NCBI GenBank assembly: GCA_963675665.1
Contig: OY776510.1
Span: 1 to 64,000 of the forward strand
Reading direction: 5' to 3'
DNA from: Spirochaetia bacterium
GTDB taxonomy: Bacteria > Spirochaetota > Spirochaetia > UBA9216
DNA: 64,000 nucleotides
Part shown: positions 19,988 to 29,140 of the stretch, one piece after another
How positions within the stretch are numbered: the first letter of the stretch is position 1
Layout: each line of letters opens with the position of its first letter
Notes under the pieces: model-generated
Seen by the model: the letters and a program-made list of their open reading frames with translations, nothing else
What the model was told of the DNA's origin: nothing
Databases searched by the model: none
Program-made: the position numbers and the translations under genes

Positions 19988-20918
19988 TTCCTAATAACCT
20001 TGACCAACTATCTATAACAAACTCTTGATCTCTTACAGCATCCAAATTCATTATTTTTCTGCTTATTCTGTCTAAAGCAACCGAGATTATTCTTCTTTGA
20101 GTGGAATTAGCAGGACCTAAATAATCATCAACATGCAAAGATTGCCCAGTTTTGTCAGTTATTGGTGATTTTACAGCGTTTACTGCTTCTTTAAAGAAAT
20201 ATTTAACCATTTCTTTATAAGTTTTTGTATCATTATATTTCCTAAAAATATTTACTGCTAATGATTCTATATGATAACCACTCAATTGTTGTTTTTCTGG
20301 TAAGCTTTTTATTATAGCTTTGACCAATTTTATCGTAGGAACTACAATTCCATTATTTTCCTTATTAACAGATGTAAGTATGTCGGTAAAACTCTTGGTA
20401 TTAATATTAGACCAATGTTGTCCATCAATTGAGCTTATCTTCAATCCGTTACCGACCCGAATAGCCGGAAGTAATTGGATTTCATAATCTTTAACTTGAA
20501 TTGTAACCGCCAATAGCCCAGAACTAACGTTTTCATTTCCATATTTCTTCGATAATATTTGTTGAATCAATTCCTTAATCTCTTTTGGAGTTTTTCCATC
20601 CGCTGCAGACTGATCTATACATACTAAGGAATCGATATCACTAATTCCTTCTACATATGTATTTTTCTGAACAGAACCTCCAAATAATATATTTATAGTA
20701 TCGGAAATTATATCTTTTAATTCGTCTTTAATTGAATCCAAAAGCTCATTAATCTCATCACTATTTCGATCATTACAATGAACCAATTGCTTAGCAAGAT
20801 AATCATTTACTAAAGTATTTATACCTTCGTCAGCATTAGTTTCATTTGCTTCCCTAATCTTCTTAACCTCATCTGCTGGATTAATTCTCCGCCATACACT
20901 GCTTCCCGAACCACCCAT
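19977..20918 (-). CDS. CD-NTase/SMODS cyclic oligonucleotide synthase
   Basis: FGGSVQKNTYVEGISDIDSL nucleotidyltransferase motif, IQLLPA, LSGYHIESL; N-terminus MGGSG. Confidence 0.87.
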   Translation of the reverse strand: MGGSGSSVWRRINPADEVKKIREANETNADEGINTLVNDYLAKQLVHCNDRNSDEINELLDSIKDELKDIISDTINILFGGSVQKNTYVEGISDIDSLVCIDQSAADGKTPKEIKELIQQILSKKYGNENVSSGLLAVTIQVKDYEIQLLPAIRVGNGLKISSIDGQHWSNINTKSFTDILTSVNKENNGIVVPTIKLVKAIIKSLPEKQQLSGYHIESLAVNIFRKYNDTKTYKEMVKYFFKEAVNAVKSPITDKTGQSLHVDDYLGPANSTQRRIISVALDRISRKIMNLDAVRDQEFVIDSWSRLLGNDQ

Positions 20919-21937
20919 CATTTAACTCCTTTTACCTTTGTTCCAAGACGATCCATAGCACTCTTTATTCTATCAGCATGTATTCCGAATTTACTAAAAT
21001 CTTTCGTATCTAAAAACTCCCTAAGAATATATTCTATATTTTCAAGATTATATATATTTTCTCGTATACTATTTAGTGCAATTTGTTTTTCTGTAGTCTG
21101 AATTCCCCATTTTAAAAAACCATAATTATGTGGATATATACAGGTGTTATCGTAGTACGAATAACGCAACCAGGTTAATCCATCAAAAATCTCTGCTCCT
21201 GCTAAAAAATATAAACACACACTAATAGGATCTAAAGCTCCGAAAATATGTAATGGAGCACTTATAGATGCTTCATCAAGTGCCTTCCTAACACGTGAAA
21301 TATTTACCATACGATCTAAAATAGATGGACCTAACTCTTTTTCTGTTAATCCAATAATATCAAATTTGCTAAACCTATCGATGTTTATTATTATTTTCTT
21401 GATAACATCATCTTTTAATTTATTATCATTCTCGCTTTCAGGTTTTATTAAGAACAAATTTAACTGGTCAGAATAATTACTAAATATATCCAAGGCAATT
21501 TCAATCTGATCTTCAAGGCTTTTTCTCTCTTTAGGATTATCATAGCTAACGAAAACACTTGAATACTCTTTCGGCCAATTTGCCAGAACTTCTTTATATA
21601 GTTGCACATTCCATTTTTTGGCTTTAACTGGTACATGAACTACTGTCGAATAATCATCTGTTTCAGAAACCTCATAACCACCGCTATCTAGAAAGAAAAG
21701 CTCTGGAATTGTTTCAAGCTTTAAAGGTTCAGTAATATATTTATAATAAATATCATATGCACTCACAAGGCAAGCTTTTGTAAAAAACTCACTTGCAACA
21801 TGATAAATTTTATCAATTCCTTTTTTACCTGACACCTTAAAATTAAAACCTTTACTTGAGAAAGAAGGTATCAGCAATGGAGTGTTTACTTTAAGTCCAC
21901 TTGCTTTATGATGAATATTTGAACTTCTTGCAATCAT
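20918..21937 (-). CDS. TGT (tRNA-guanine transglycosylase)-like protein (Cap10-like)
   Basis: TPLLIPS, FFLDSGGYE, LHIFGAL, AGAEIFDG. Confidence 0.8.
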   Translation of the reverse strand: MIARSSNIHHKASGLKVNTPLLIPSFSSKGFNFKVSGKKGIDKIYHVASEFFTKACLVSAYDIYYKYITEPLKLETIPELFFLDSGGYEVSETDDYSTVVHVPVKAKKWNVQLYKEVLANWPKEYSSVFVSYDNPKERKSLEDQIEIALDIFSNYSDQLNLFLIKPESENDNKLKDDVIKKIIINIDRFSKFDIIGLTEKELGPSILDRMVNISRVRKALDEASISAPLHIFGALDPISVCLYFLAGAEIFDGLTWLRYSYYDNTCIYPHNYGFLKWGIQTTEKQIALNSIRENIYNLENIEYILREFLDTKDFSKFGIHADRIKSAMDRLGTKVKGVK

Positions 21938-22481
21938 ACAGATACTCCAAATCTTTACAACTTCGACATTTACCACATGGTTGCTGCAACCCCAACTCGC
22001 AACTATATGTCTTATAACGATTTAGCTTATTTTTAATAAAGTAATTATAAATTTCTAATTTATCCCAGTTTAAAAAAGGTGCAACAAAGGTCAATCGGCC
22101 CGAACTATAGTTATTAACTATTTCTTTTGCCACTTTATAAAAATCAGGTGAACAATCATAATATGAAGTACCGGAATGAATGCCCATAGCAATAATCCCT
22201 TTGTTATGTCCTTCCATTAAAGCCGCACTTAATAGAAATAAATTGCGCCCCAAAATCTCGCCAGAGTGTAAAGTGATATTATTTTTATATTCACAAATTT
22301 TTAGAGGTATTTCCATCTCTTTTGCTATTTGAAGAACAGTTGACCGTTCCTGTTTATTGCTTAATTGCCCATAATCTACAAATAACAAATTACGTGAGTA
22401 TTCTTCCCCTGAGAATATATGAACACAAGAAGTAGAGTCTAATCCTCCACTAAATAGAATTGTTACATTTACTTTTTCCAC
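21906..22481 (-). CDS. QueC-family ATP pyrophosphatase (Cap9-like)
   Basis: LFSGGLDS, VDYGQ, GRN, YYDCS, TYSC..PCGKCRSC. Confidence 0.9.
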   Translation of the reverse strand: MEKVNVTILFSGGLDSTSCVHIFSGEEYSRNLLFVDYGQLSNKQERSTVLQIAKEMEIPLKICEYKNNITLHSGEILGRNLFLLSAALMEGHNKGIIAMGIHSGTSYYDCSPDFYKVAKEIVNNYSSGRLTFVAPFLNWDKLEIYNYFIKNKLNRYKTYSCELGLQQPCGKCRSCKDLEYLYDCKKFKYSS

Positions 22482-22711
22482 TTCCTCTTCCTATTAAAAA
22501 TAATCAAAGGAACATTATATTTATAAAATTACTCAATAATATCATATACCTTAATAAATTTCGACCATTTTTAGTATTTGATAAACCTTGTCACAACGAT
22601 AACTAACATCTAAACAACTATCAACTCATCACATTCTTACTCATATTTCATTGCCTCACAACAACTTACACCCAATCCGCGGCCTCCTAAATCCGTGGCA
22701 AAACAACTCTC

Positions 22712-23077
22712 CTACACCACAAACCGCTTAAAAACAACCCTTGCACCCTGAAAATTAACCAGATACCCCACCCTGCACTTGCTTATATGAAGATAGTTAA
22801 TAAGCTGCGCCTCATGCATACCCGAAAGAGCCTTAACAGCCTTAATTTCAATAATAACCCGATTATCAACAGCCAAATCAGCAAAAAACTCACCCACCTG
22901 CTGCCCCCGATAAAAAACATTAAGCGGAGCATTATAAACAACATTTAACCCCAAAGACCTTAACTCATAATACAAAGCATTATAATAACAAGACTCAAGC
23001 AACCCCGACTTCAACTCATTATGAACGCTGAAAAACCCACCCACGATTTTATTAGACAACTCTTCAAACAACAGCAT
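22712..23077 (-). CDS. GxxExxY protein, copy 2
   Basis: GLLESCY, ADLAVDNRVIIEIK, EAQLINYL, GYLVNF; AGGAGG RBS. Confidence 0.92.
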   Translation of the reverse strand: MLLFEELSNKIVGGFFSVHNELKSGLLESCYYNALYYELRSLGLNVVYNAPLNVFYRGQQVGEFFADLAVDNRVIIEIKAVKALSGMHEAQLINYLHISKCRVGYLVNFQGARVVFKRFVV

Positions 23078-23107
23078 AACCTGCCTCCTTTTTTCTTAAA
23101 AAGACAG

Positions 23108-23196
23108 CAGGCTTGCAGTGACGAGCAGTCAAGGGTAAAAATGGCATAGCCATTTTACTCGCCTTGCCCTTGACGGCGAGGAGCGAAAGGTATAAT
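23108..23196 (+). promoter_or_regulatory. conserved hairpin upstream of GxxExxY copy 2 (putative ssDNA promoter)
   Basis: GTGACGAGCAGTCAAGGG / CCCTTGACGGCGAGGAGC stem, inner AAAATGGC-ATA-GCCATTTT; TTGACG-N15-TATAAT on the 3' arm. Confidence 0.6.
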
Positions 23197-23535
23197 GAAA
23201 AAACCCGGAGGCAGATAAGATATTTTCACCCAAAAGCGTAAACAAAAAGAAATATCGCTTCGCGGCTGCTAGTTTAAGCGAGACTATAGGGATTAACGCA
23301 GGCCGTGTTACCCGCGTGCTTTACCCCGGCCATCCGTGGCAAACAACCTCTTCCTGAAGAAATTCAACCACGAAATCCCAGATATTACGTAACATTTATA
23401 GAATTTTTCACGTAGAAGGATACATCTAAAAAACTGTTTTGAAATTATATACATGCCCATCTGATAATATAAAAACACACTTCGATTTGCTATAAATCCG
23501 TGGCTCTCTTCATCCGTGGCAAATAAACTCTAATT

Positions 23536-23919
23536 CTATATCTCTTCGATTTTGCCATTAATAGGCAACATTAAAGATTTACCACGTGAGACTTTAGTTT
23601 TGATTTCATCCCATCTTCTCAATAATTTCCATGATAAATCCCAGAAACTCTGATCTTTCCAACCCTTTTTCATGAAAACAATCGGCAAACCAGACTCTTG
23701 CCAAGCTAAAAATTCATGCGGATTTCTTTTAATATTTCGATCTTTAGTAATTATAAAACATCCGTCAATTTTTGAAAGTTCATTAATCCATTCTATATCT
23801 TTCGTTGCAGGCGGAAACATTTCCCGTAAATGCTTCACCTGAACTCCGGACCTGCCCTCTAACTCGTTGAAAGCTTTAGAAATTCTTGGGGGAAGATTTT
23901 CATCAAAGATACACGTCAT
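23536..23919 (-). CDS. PIN-like toxin (VapC45-like)
   Basis: FDENLP, KDIEWI, IITKDRNI. Confidence 0.8.
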   Translation of the reverse strand: MTCIFDENLPPRISKAFNELEGRSGVQVKHLREMFPPATKDIEWINELSKIDGCFIITKDRNIKRNPHEFLAWQESGLPIVFMKKGWKDQSFWDLSWKLLRRWDEIKTKVSRGKSLMLPINGKIEEI

Positions 23920-24593
23920 GCAACCAGTCTCATTTCAAAATCAATAGCCATATCAATATACTTTAAATCAATATCATACCAATCCGAGATATCTTTTTTA
24001 GTATGACCGGAATTATATAGATCCATTATCATTTCAGTGCTGACATTAATATCGTCAATAATAGGCTTTCCAAAATTTCTGGAAGGATCAATAACAATTC
24101 CGCTATCCTTTCCCAACGGCCACCATTTCTCTGCAATTTCATAATTGTTGAAATCTATGCATTCATACAGAGTAGGTAAAATAATCTCCGCAAATTGATA
24201 CTGTTTTTTTAATAAATCTATTAATTCTATTGAATCTGATTCTTTAGCTATCTTTGCAATGATCGTTTTGCCGTCAGTGTATATTTTTTTCATAGCAAAA
24301 GGATGCTCGGAATTTAACAACCTTGAGGCGCTTTCTATAGCGACCCGAATTGTCTGGATGCTTATTCCATATTGGTGAAAAGCCTTGATAAATAGAATTT
24401 CAATAATATCCAGAAAACTTAAAACCTTTTTCGAATCAATCTTATCATAATCTGAATCAAATACAGGTTGAATTTCATTATTAGAGTCTGAGCGCTTATA
24501 ACCTTCCGACCATCTCCTGATTTTGATCAGGCTTAGACCTGTTAGATGAGAAACCTCTTTATATGTATATAATCCATTACCGATATAGTTCAT
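23916..24593 (-). CDS. HTH plus DUF433 antitoxin-like protein
   Basis: GLYTYKEVSHL..IRRW, LSFLDIIE, IVIDPSRNFGKPII; overlaps the PIN gene start. Confidence 0.8.
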   Translation of the reverse strand: MNYIGNGLYTYKEVSHLTGLSLIKIRRWSEGYKRSDSNNEIQPVFDSDYDKIDSKKVLSFLDIIEILFIKAFHQYGISIQTIRVAIESASRLLNSEHPFAMKKIYTDGKTIIAKIAKESDSIELIDLLKKQYQFAEIILPTLYECIDFNNYEIAEKWWPLGKDSGIVIDPSRNFGKPIIDDINVSTEMIMDLYNSGHTKKDISDWYDIDLKYIDMAIDFEMRLVA

Positions 24594-24781
24594 TTATCCA
24601 CCTTCATGGCCATTTTTTCTATTATATTTTATAAATCGTCTTAATATTACATAATTATAATCCAGATTACCGCCATACGTATAGAACAATTTTGTCCAAG
24701 CACTGTGTTACCCGACTGTTCCACTACATATATCCGTGGTCTCAAAATCCGTTGCTAAATACTAAAAATAAGGATTAGGCC

Positions 24782-24959
24782 CCTACACCACAAACCGCTT
24801 AAACACAACCCTTGAACCCTGAAAATTAACCAGATACCCCACCCGGCACTTGCTTATATGAAGATAGTTAATAAGCTGCGCCTCATGCATACCCGAAAGA
24901 GCCTTAACAGCCTTAATTTCAATAATTACCCGATTATCAACAGCCAGATCAGCAAAAAA
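24782..24959 (-). pseudogene. 3' half of a GxxExxY gene, near-identical to 22711-22888
   Basis: ~178-bp direct repeat with few mismatches; 5' half of the gene and the hairpin are absent. Confidence 0.88.
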
Positions 24960-25145
24960 TATAAGGAAAAGTCCTGGAGGTAGACAACATATTAGCGCCC
25001 GAAACCATAAACAAAAAGATAAATCCGTAGTTTTCTTTATCGGTTCGCGGCGACTATTTTAGTCAACCTATTGGGCTTAACGCCGCCTGTAACCAATTAC
25101 TCTGCTCTCATTAGCTCTTGACTGATAATCTAAAGTTGATTCAGA

Positions 25146-25637
25146 CTATGGTTGAAAAACAAACCGGACTCTTTCCCGTCTGAGCAGATCAAATGTGTTA
25201 ATATACGGAATATTCATTGCAATACAAACATTTGGGATTTTTACCTTTTTTCGGCTTTCTCCAGGAGTTTCAAGCGTTACAACGGTATGCCCGCCGGCAA
25301 GAGCCTGCGCACAAAGATAATAATCAGCTATCTGGAGAAATTGCATAACAGCAGCCTGATCATAATCTCCGCTGTTCACCCATAAACTGATATTCTGTAA
25401 AGTCGCTACATCCAACTGTTGAGGCTGTAGAAAAAAATCCGCAGGCAGTGAATGAACCCAATCAACCAGTTCATCTTCTCCGGCAATGATCTCATCTTTT
25501 ACTTTGGATACGCTGAAAACCTGATTCCCATCATGTGCTTCCCTCAACCAAGTCCAGAACCCCGGACAAAAATCCATACCGTAATATAGATTTTTTGCAG
25601 CTATAAGCACATTAGAATCAAGTAAATACGCCATCAA
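25146..25637 (-). CDS. DUF4411-family PIN-like protein
   Basis: YLLDSNVLI, FCPGFWTWL, ADYYL, VVTLE, KIPNVC. Confidence 0.85.
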   Translation of the reverse strand: MMAYLLDSNVLIAAKNLYYGMDFCPGFWTWLREAHDGNQVFSVSKVKDEIIAGEDELVDWVHSLPADFFLQPQQLDVATLQNISLWVNSGDYDQAAVMQFLQIADYYLCAQALAGGHTVVTLETPGESRKKVKIPNVCIAMNIPYINTFDLLRRERVRFVFQP

Positions 25638-26791
25638 CCATAGACCTCAAGCTTGTGGCTCATGGCTCTGAAAGTCTCCATATTCTTCATACCCAGCATT
25701 CTCATAGCCTCAGTAAAAGGAGTAATGCCCTCCCAGGTACTGCTTATAATAGCCTTTGCGAACCTGTGCCCGGTACGAACAAGGGTGCTGTTATAATAAT
25801 CGCCGCCTGTACTCCTCCCCTGGCGCTTAATACTAAGCAATCTTTCCAACTCTGAATTATAAGCAGTTCGATATCCCGAAAAAGAAAGAATCCCTATATC
25901 AAATAATCTTCTGAGGATTACAAGAGTACTCACTTTAAAAAAACGAGCGAGAATTTTCACCTCATCCGCTAATGGCAGATCATTACGGCGTTGTTCCTGT
26001 AATTCAGAAATAGGTACAAGAAACTCTGCAGCAACCTTGTTACACCATAGCTCAGTAGATTCAGAAGAAGGTTCAAGACTGACATCACTCAAACCCGAAC
26101 TGCCCAGCCATAGATGAGCAAGTTCATGAATAATAGTAAAAATCTGGGCAGCCTTTGTATCCGCTCCATTCACAAAGATCACCGGAGCATATTCATCCGC
26201 AATTGCAAAACCTCTGAACTCTTCCGGATTCAGAATCCGATGAGTATTGCTGCCGACAATACCATTAATAAATACAAGCACACCATACTCTTCAATTTTC
26301 TCTCTTAAAAAACGCAACATCTCAGAGAAAGTACTTACTCTACTACGAGCATAGGCATTAATTCCAAGTTGATCTTTGATATCAACAGCAACAAGGGCAG
26401 GATCATCAGCAGTAGTTACGGAACCGACGAAGGGAAAAGCGTCAAAACCTTCGCCACGTGCATATTCCCGATACCAGGATTGTCTCAACTGTGCGGAATA
26501 AACGACCTCAAGAAGGTCCGGAGACGGCTCTGCTTGCTCCTCACCGGCCATCCTTCTGAAATCAGGTATTGGTAACTCTAATCTGGGGGGGGTAGAAAGA
26601 TAGAGGAACCCGACAGGAGTATGAGTAGCGTTTGAAATCTTCTCGAGTTGCTTAAAAGTGGGGAATATATCACCGGAAAGCCATTCATTCCACTTCGGGA
26701 ATAAATGATAGAGTCGTTCATCAGTTATCCCCGATCGCTGAGCAGCCCAGGTTAAAACTTCCGGTGTTACCGGCACGCGTGTGACAGCCAT
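25634..26791 (-). CDS. HTH plus ImmA/IrrE metallopeptidase
   Basis: PTFKQLEK HTH, PDFR, EFRGFA, FTIIHELAH, ELWCNKVAAEFL. Confidence 0.88.
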   Translation of the reverse strand: MAVTRVPVTPEVLTWAAQRSGITDERLYHLFPKWNEWLSGDIFPTFKQLEKISNATHTPVGFLYLSTPPRLELPIPDFRRMAGEEQAEPSPDLLEVVYSAQLRQSWYREYARGEGFDAFPFVGSVTTADDPALVAVDIKDQLGINAYARSRVSTFSEMLRFLREKIEEYGVLVFINGIVGSNTHRILNPEEFRGFAIADEYAPVIFVNGADTKAAQIFTIIHELAHLWLGSSGLSDVSLEPSSESTELWCNKVAAEFLVPISELQEQRRNDLPLADEVKILARFFKVSTLVILRRLFDIGILSFSGYRTAYNSELERLLSIKRQGRSTGGDYYNSTLVRTGHRFAKAIISSTWEGITPFTEAMRMLGMKNMETFRAMSHKLEVYG

Positions 26792-26864
26792 TACTTTTCA
26801 ATTACTCCTGAAAATAAGTATATCTTAACCGTTTACAATCAACAACAATATTCCATACCAGTCA

Positions 26865-28442
26865 TTACATTTTAAACGGTACAGTTATACCAAGCTCTTT
26901 ACAGTAGCCAGCTATCTCTTCATTAACCTCTTCAAGCTCATTCTCAATATCTACCAACGATACCGCAACAGCATCAAGATCAACCGGCTCCTCCTCTTCA
27001 AAGGTATCAACATAGCGCGGGATATTCAGATTGTAATCATTCTCGGCGATCTCGGACAAAGCAGCAGCATATGAATACTTGTCCTTAGTTTCACGAGAAC
27101 GAAAGGTCGAAACAATCTCTTCAACATCGCTGTCCCGAAGTGCATTCTGATTACCCTCTTTTACAAAATGCCCGTCTCCGCTTGCATCAATGAAGATGAT
27201 ATTATCATCAGACTTCCTGCACTTCTTGAATACAAGGATACAGGTAGGGATGGATGTACCGTAAAAAATGTTCGCCGGCAGCCCTATTACTGCATCAAGA
27301 AAATTAAGCTCCTTAATCAGATACTCCCTTATTACGCCCTCGGCAGCGCCTCTGAACAGAACACCGTGCGGAAGCACAGTAGCCATAATGCCGTTATCAG
27401 CGAGCTGATGGATCATGTGCAGAACAAATGCATAATCAGCCTTGGTCTTCGGCGCCAATTTACCGTATCGGCTGAAGCGTTCATCGGAGCTGTACAGCGG
27501 GTTTGCATCACCCTTCCAGTGGGCGGAGAACGGCGGATTAGCGACAACAGCCTCAAAGCGTTTATCAAGGTGCTGAGGATTTTCAAGGGTATCCTCGTGC
27601 CTTATATCAAAATTACGATAGTGAACATCATGCAGGATCATATTCATCCGAGCGAGGTTGTAGGTAGTCCGGTTCTGCTCCTGACCGAAAAACTCGCTGA
27701 CATCATCCACCTCGCGGGCGACTCGTAGAAGAAGAGAACCCGAACCGCAGGTAGGATCATACACCGATTTAAGCCTGCGCTTTCCGGTGGTAACAACCTT
27801 TGCCAGGATCTTCGAAACCTGCTGGGGCGTATAAAACTCTCCGGCCGACTTGCCCGCCCCAGCGGCGAACTTACCTATTAAATATTCATAAGCATCACCG
27901 AGAACGTCAGAATCAACCTCTTTCAACTTGAAATCTATCTTATCAAGATTTACAAGGATTTTAACGATTATCTCGTTTCGGGCTCCTACCGTACGTCCAA
28001 TCTTGGTGGAGTTAAGATCAAGATCCTCAAACAGGGCGTTAAAATCATCCTCCGATTCGGTTCCCATGGTGCTCTGCTCTATATGGTTCATGATCGCCTG
28101 AAGATCTTCGAGAATATAATTGCTTTCGTTCTCGGTATCGGAACTGCCGCGCTTGGCAAGCTCTGAAAAAAGCTCATGCGGCTGCAGGAAATATCCCAGC
28201 TTTAAAAGCGATTCTTCTTTTATTACTTCAAGGGTTTCAGGATCTTTCACATCCCTGTAATCGGTTACCTCTTCGCCCACTAATAGTTCATTGACGTAAA
28301 GATACTGTTTCTCACTGAGATATTTATAAAAAATAAAACCGAGTATGTAGTCACGGTAATCATCAGCACTGATCTTCCCCCGAAGCAGGTTGGCTATGCC
28401 CCATAATTGTTTTTCAAGCAGTTGTTTTTGATCATCAGACAT
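26865..28442 (-). CDS. hsdM: type I R-M methyltransferase subunit (N6-adenine)
   Basis: LWGIANLLRG, GDAYEYLI, GEFYTP, YDPTCGSGSLL, ANPPF, LPHGVLFRG, YNLNIPRYVD. Confidence 0.97.
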   Translation of the reverse strand: MSDDQKQLLEKQLWGIANLLRGKISADDYRDYILGFIFYKYLSEKQYLYVNELLVGEEVTDYRDVKDPETLEVIKEESLLKLGYFLQPHELFSELAKRGSSDTENESNYILEDLQAIMNHIEQSTMGTESEDDFNALFEDLDLNSTKIGRTVGARNEIIVKILVNLDKIDFKLKEVDSDVLGDAYEYLIGKFAAGAGKSAGEFYTPQQVSKILAKVVTTGKRRLKSVYDPTCGSGSLLLRVAREVDDVSEFFGQEQNRTTYNLARMNMILHDVHYRNFDIRHEDTLENPQHLDKRFEAVVANPPFSAHWKGDANPLYSSDERFSRYGKLAPKTKADYAFVLHMIHQLADNGIMATVLPHGVLFRGAAEGVIREYLIKELNFLDAVIGLPANIFYGTSIPTCILVFKKCRKSDDNIIFIDASGDGHFVKEGNQNALRDSDVEEIVSTFRSRETKDKYSYAAALSEIAENDYNLNIPRYVDTFEEEEPVDLDAVAVSLVDIENELEEVNEEIAGYCKELGITVPFKM

Positions 28443-28548
28443 GGTGGAATTATATCCTTCAGGGATTTGAATGTATAGAAGTTTTTTAACCGGGGCCTAC
28501 ACTCAGATAAATTCTTGCTGATCAAAACCGTTAATATGACAAGCTCCC

Positions 28549-28920
28549 CTACACCACCAAACGCCGCCAAACGACACGCCTGCCGTTAAAATTAACCAGG
28601 TAACCGACTTCAAGACCTGACAACCGCAGATAGTTAAGCAGCTGTGCTTCCATTGCAGGAGTAAACTCTTTAACAGATTTAAGTTCTAATATTATTTTGC
28701 CTTCAACGACCATATCAGCAATATAGGCAGCCGCTAGCTCACCACGATAGTAAACCGGATAAACATGCTGTCTGCTGATTTCAAGCCCGCGATGCTTAAA
28801 CTCTATAACTAAAGCACCTTCATAAGCTGATTCCAATAATCCGGGCCCCAGGGAATTATGTACCGCAAACACAGCACCCAACACCTGATTTGATAATTCA
28901 TTTTCAATTAACTCTGACAT
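28549..28920 (-). CDS. GxxExxY protein, copy 3
   Basis: LGPGLLESAYE, ADMVVEGKIILELK, EAQLLNYL; start moved to ATG 28920 after AGGAGG. Confidence 0.92.
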   Translation of the reverse strand: MSELIENELSNQVLGAVFAVHNSLGPGLLESAYEGALVIEFKHRGLEISRQHVYPVYYRGELAAAYIADMVVEGKIILELKSVKEFTPAMEAQLLNYLRLSGLEVGYLVNFNGRRVVWRRLVV

Positions 28921-28947
28921 ACGCAGCCTCCTGTTTTTGAAAACAGG

Positions 28948-29039
28948 AACCTTCAAGTGACGAGTAGTCAAGGGACGAAAACAGCGAAGCTGATTTTCGT
29001 CTTGCCTTGCCCTTGACGACGAGGAACGGAGGTTACAAT
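28948..29039 (+). promoter_or_regulatory. conserved hairpin upstream of GxxExxY copy 3 (putative ssDNA promoter)
   Basis: AACCTTC-AA-GTGACGAGTAGTCAAGG / CCTTGACGACGAGGAACGGAGGTT stem, inner GACGAAAACAGC-GAA-GCTGATTTTCGTC; TTGACG-N15-TACAAT. Confidence 0.62.
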
Positions 29040-29140
29040 TAAAAAACCTGGAGACTGTAAAGACATATCAATCCAAAACAATGATTTGTAAATCTTCCCT
29101 ATCTTCTTCATCAGTGGTTCAATAACTTTCTTCATCTTTA

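Noticed and set aside
20918-22481. QueC plus TGT-like genes as queuosine biosynthesis or a Dpd DNA-modification system
   Set aside because: no queD/queE/folE or dpd partners; coupling to a CD-NTase, TM effector and glycosylase fits type IV CBASS
22676-25095. integron attC cassette array
   Set aside because: no integron integrase, and no consistent RYYYAAC...GTTRRRY boxes around the hairpins
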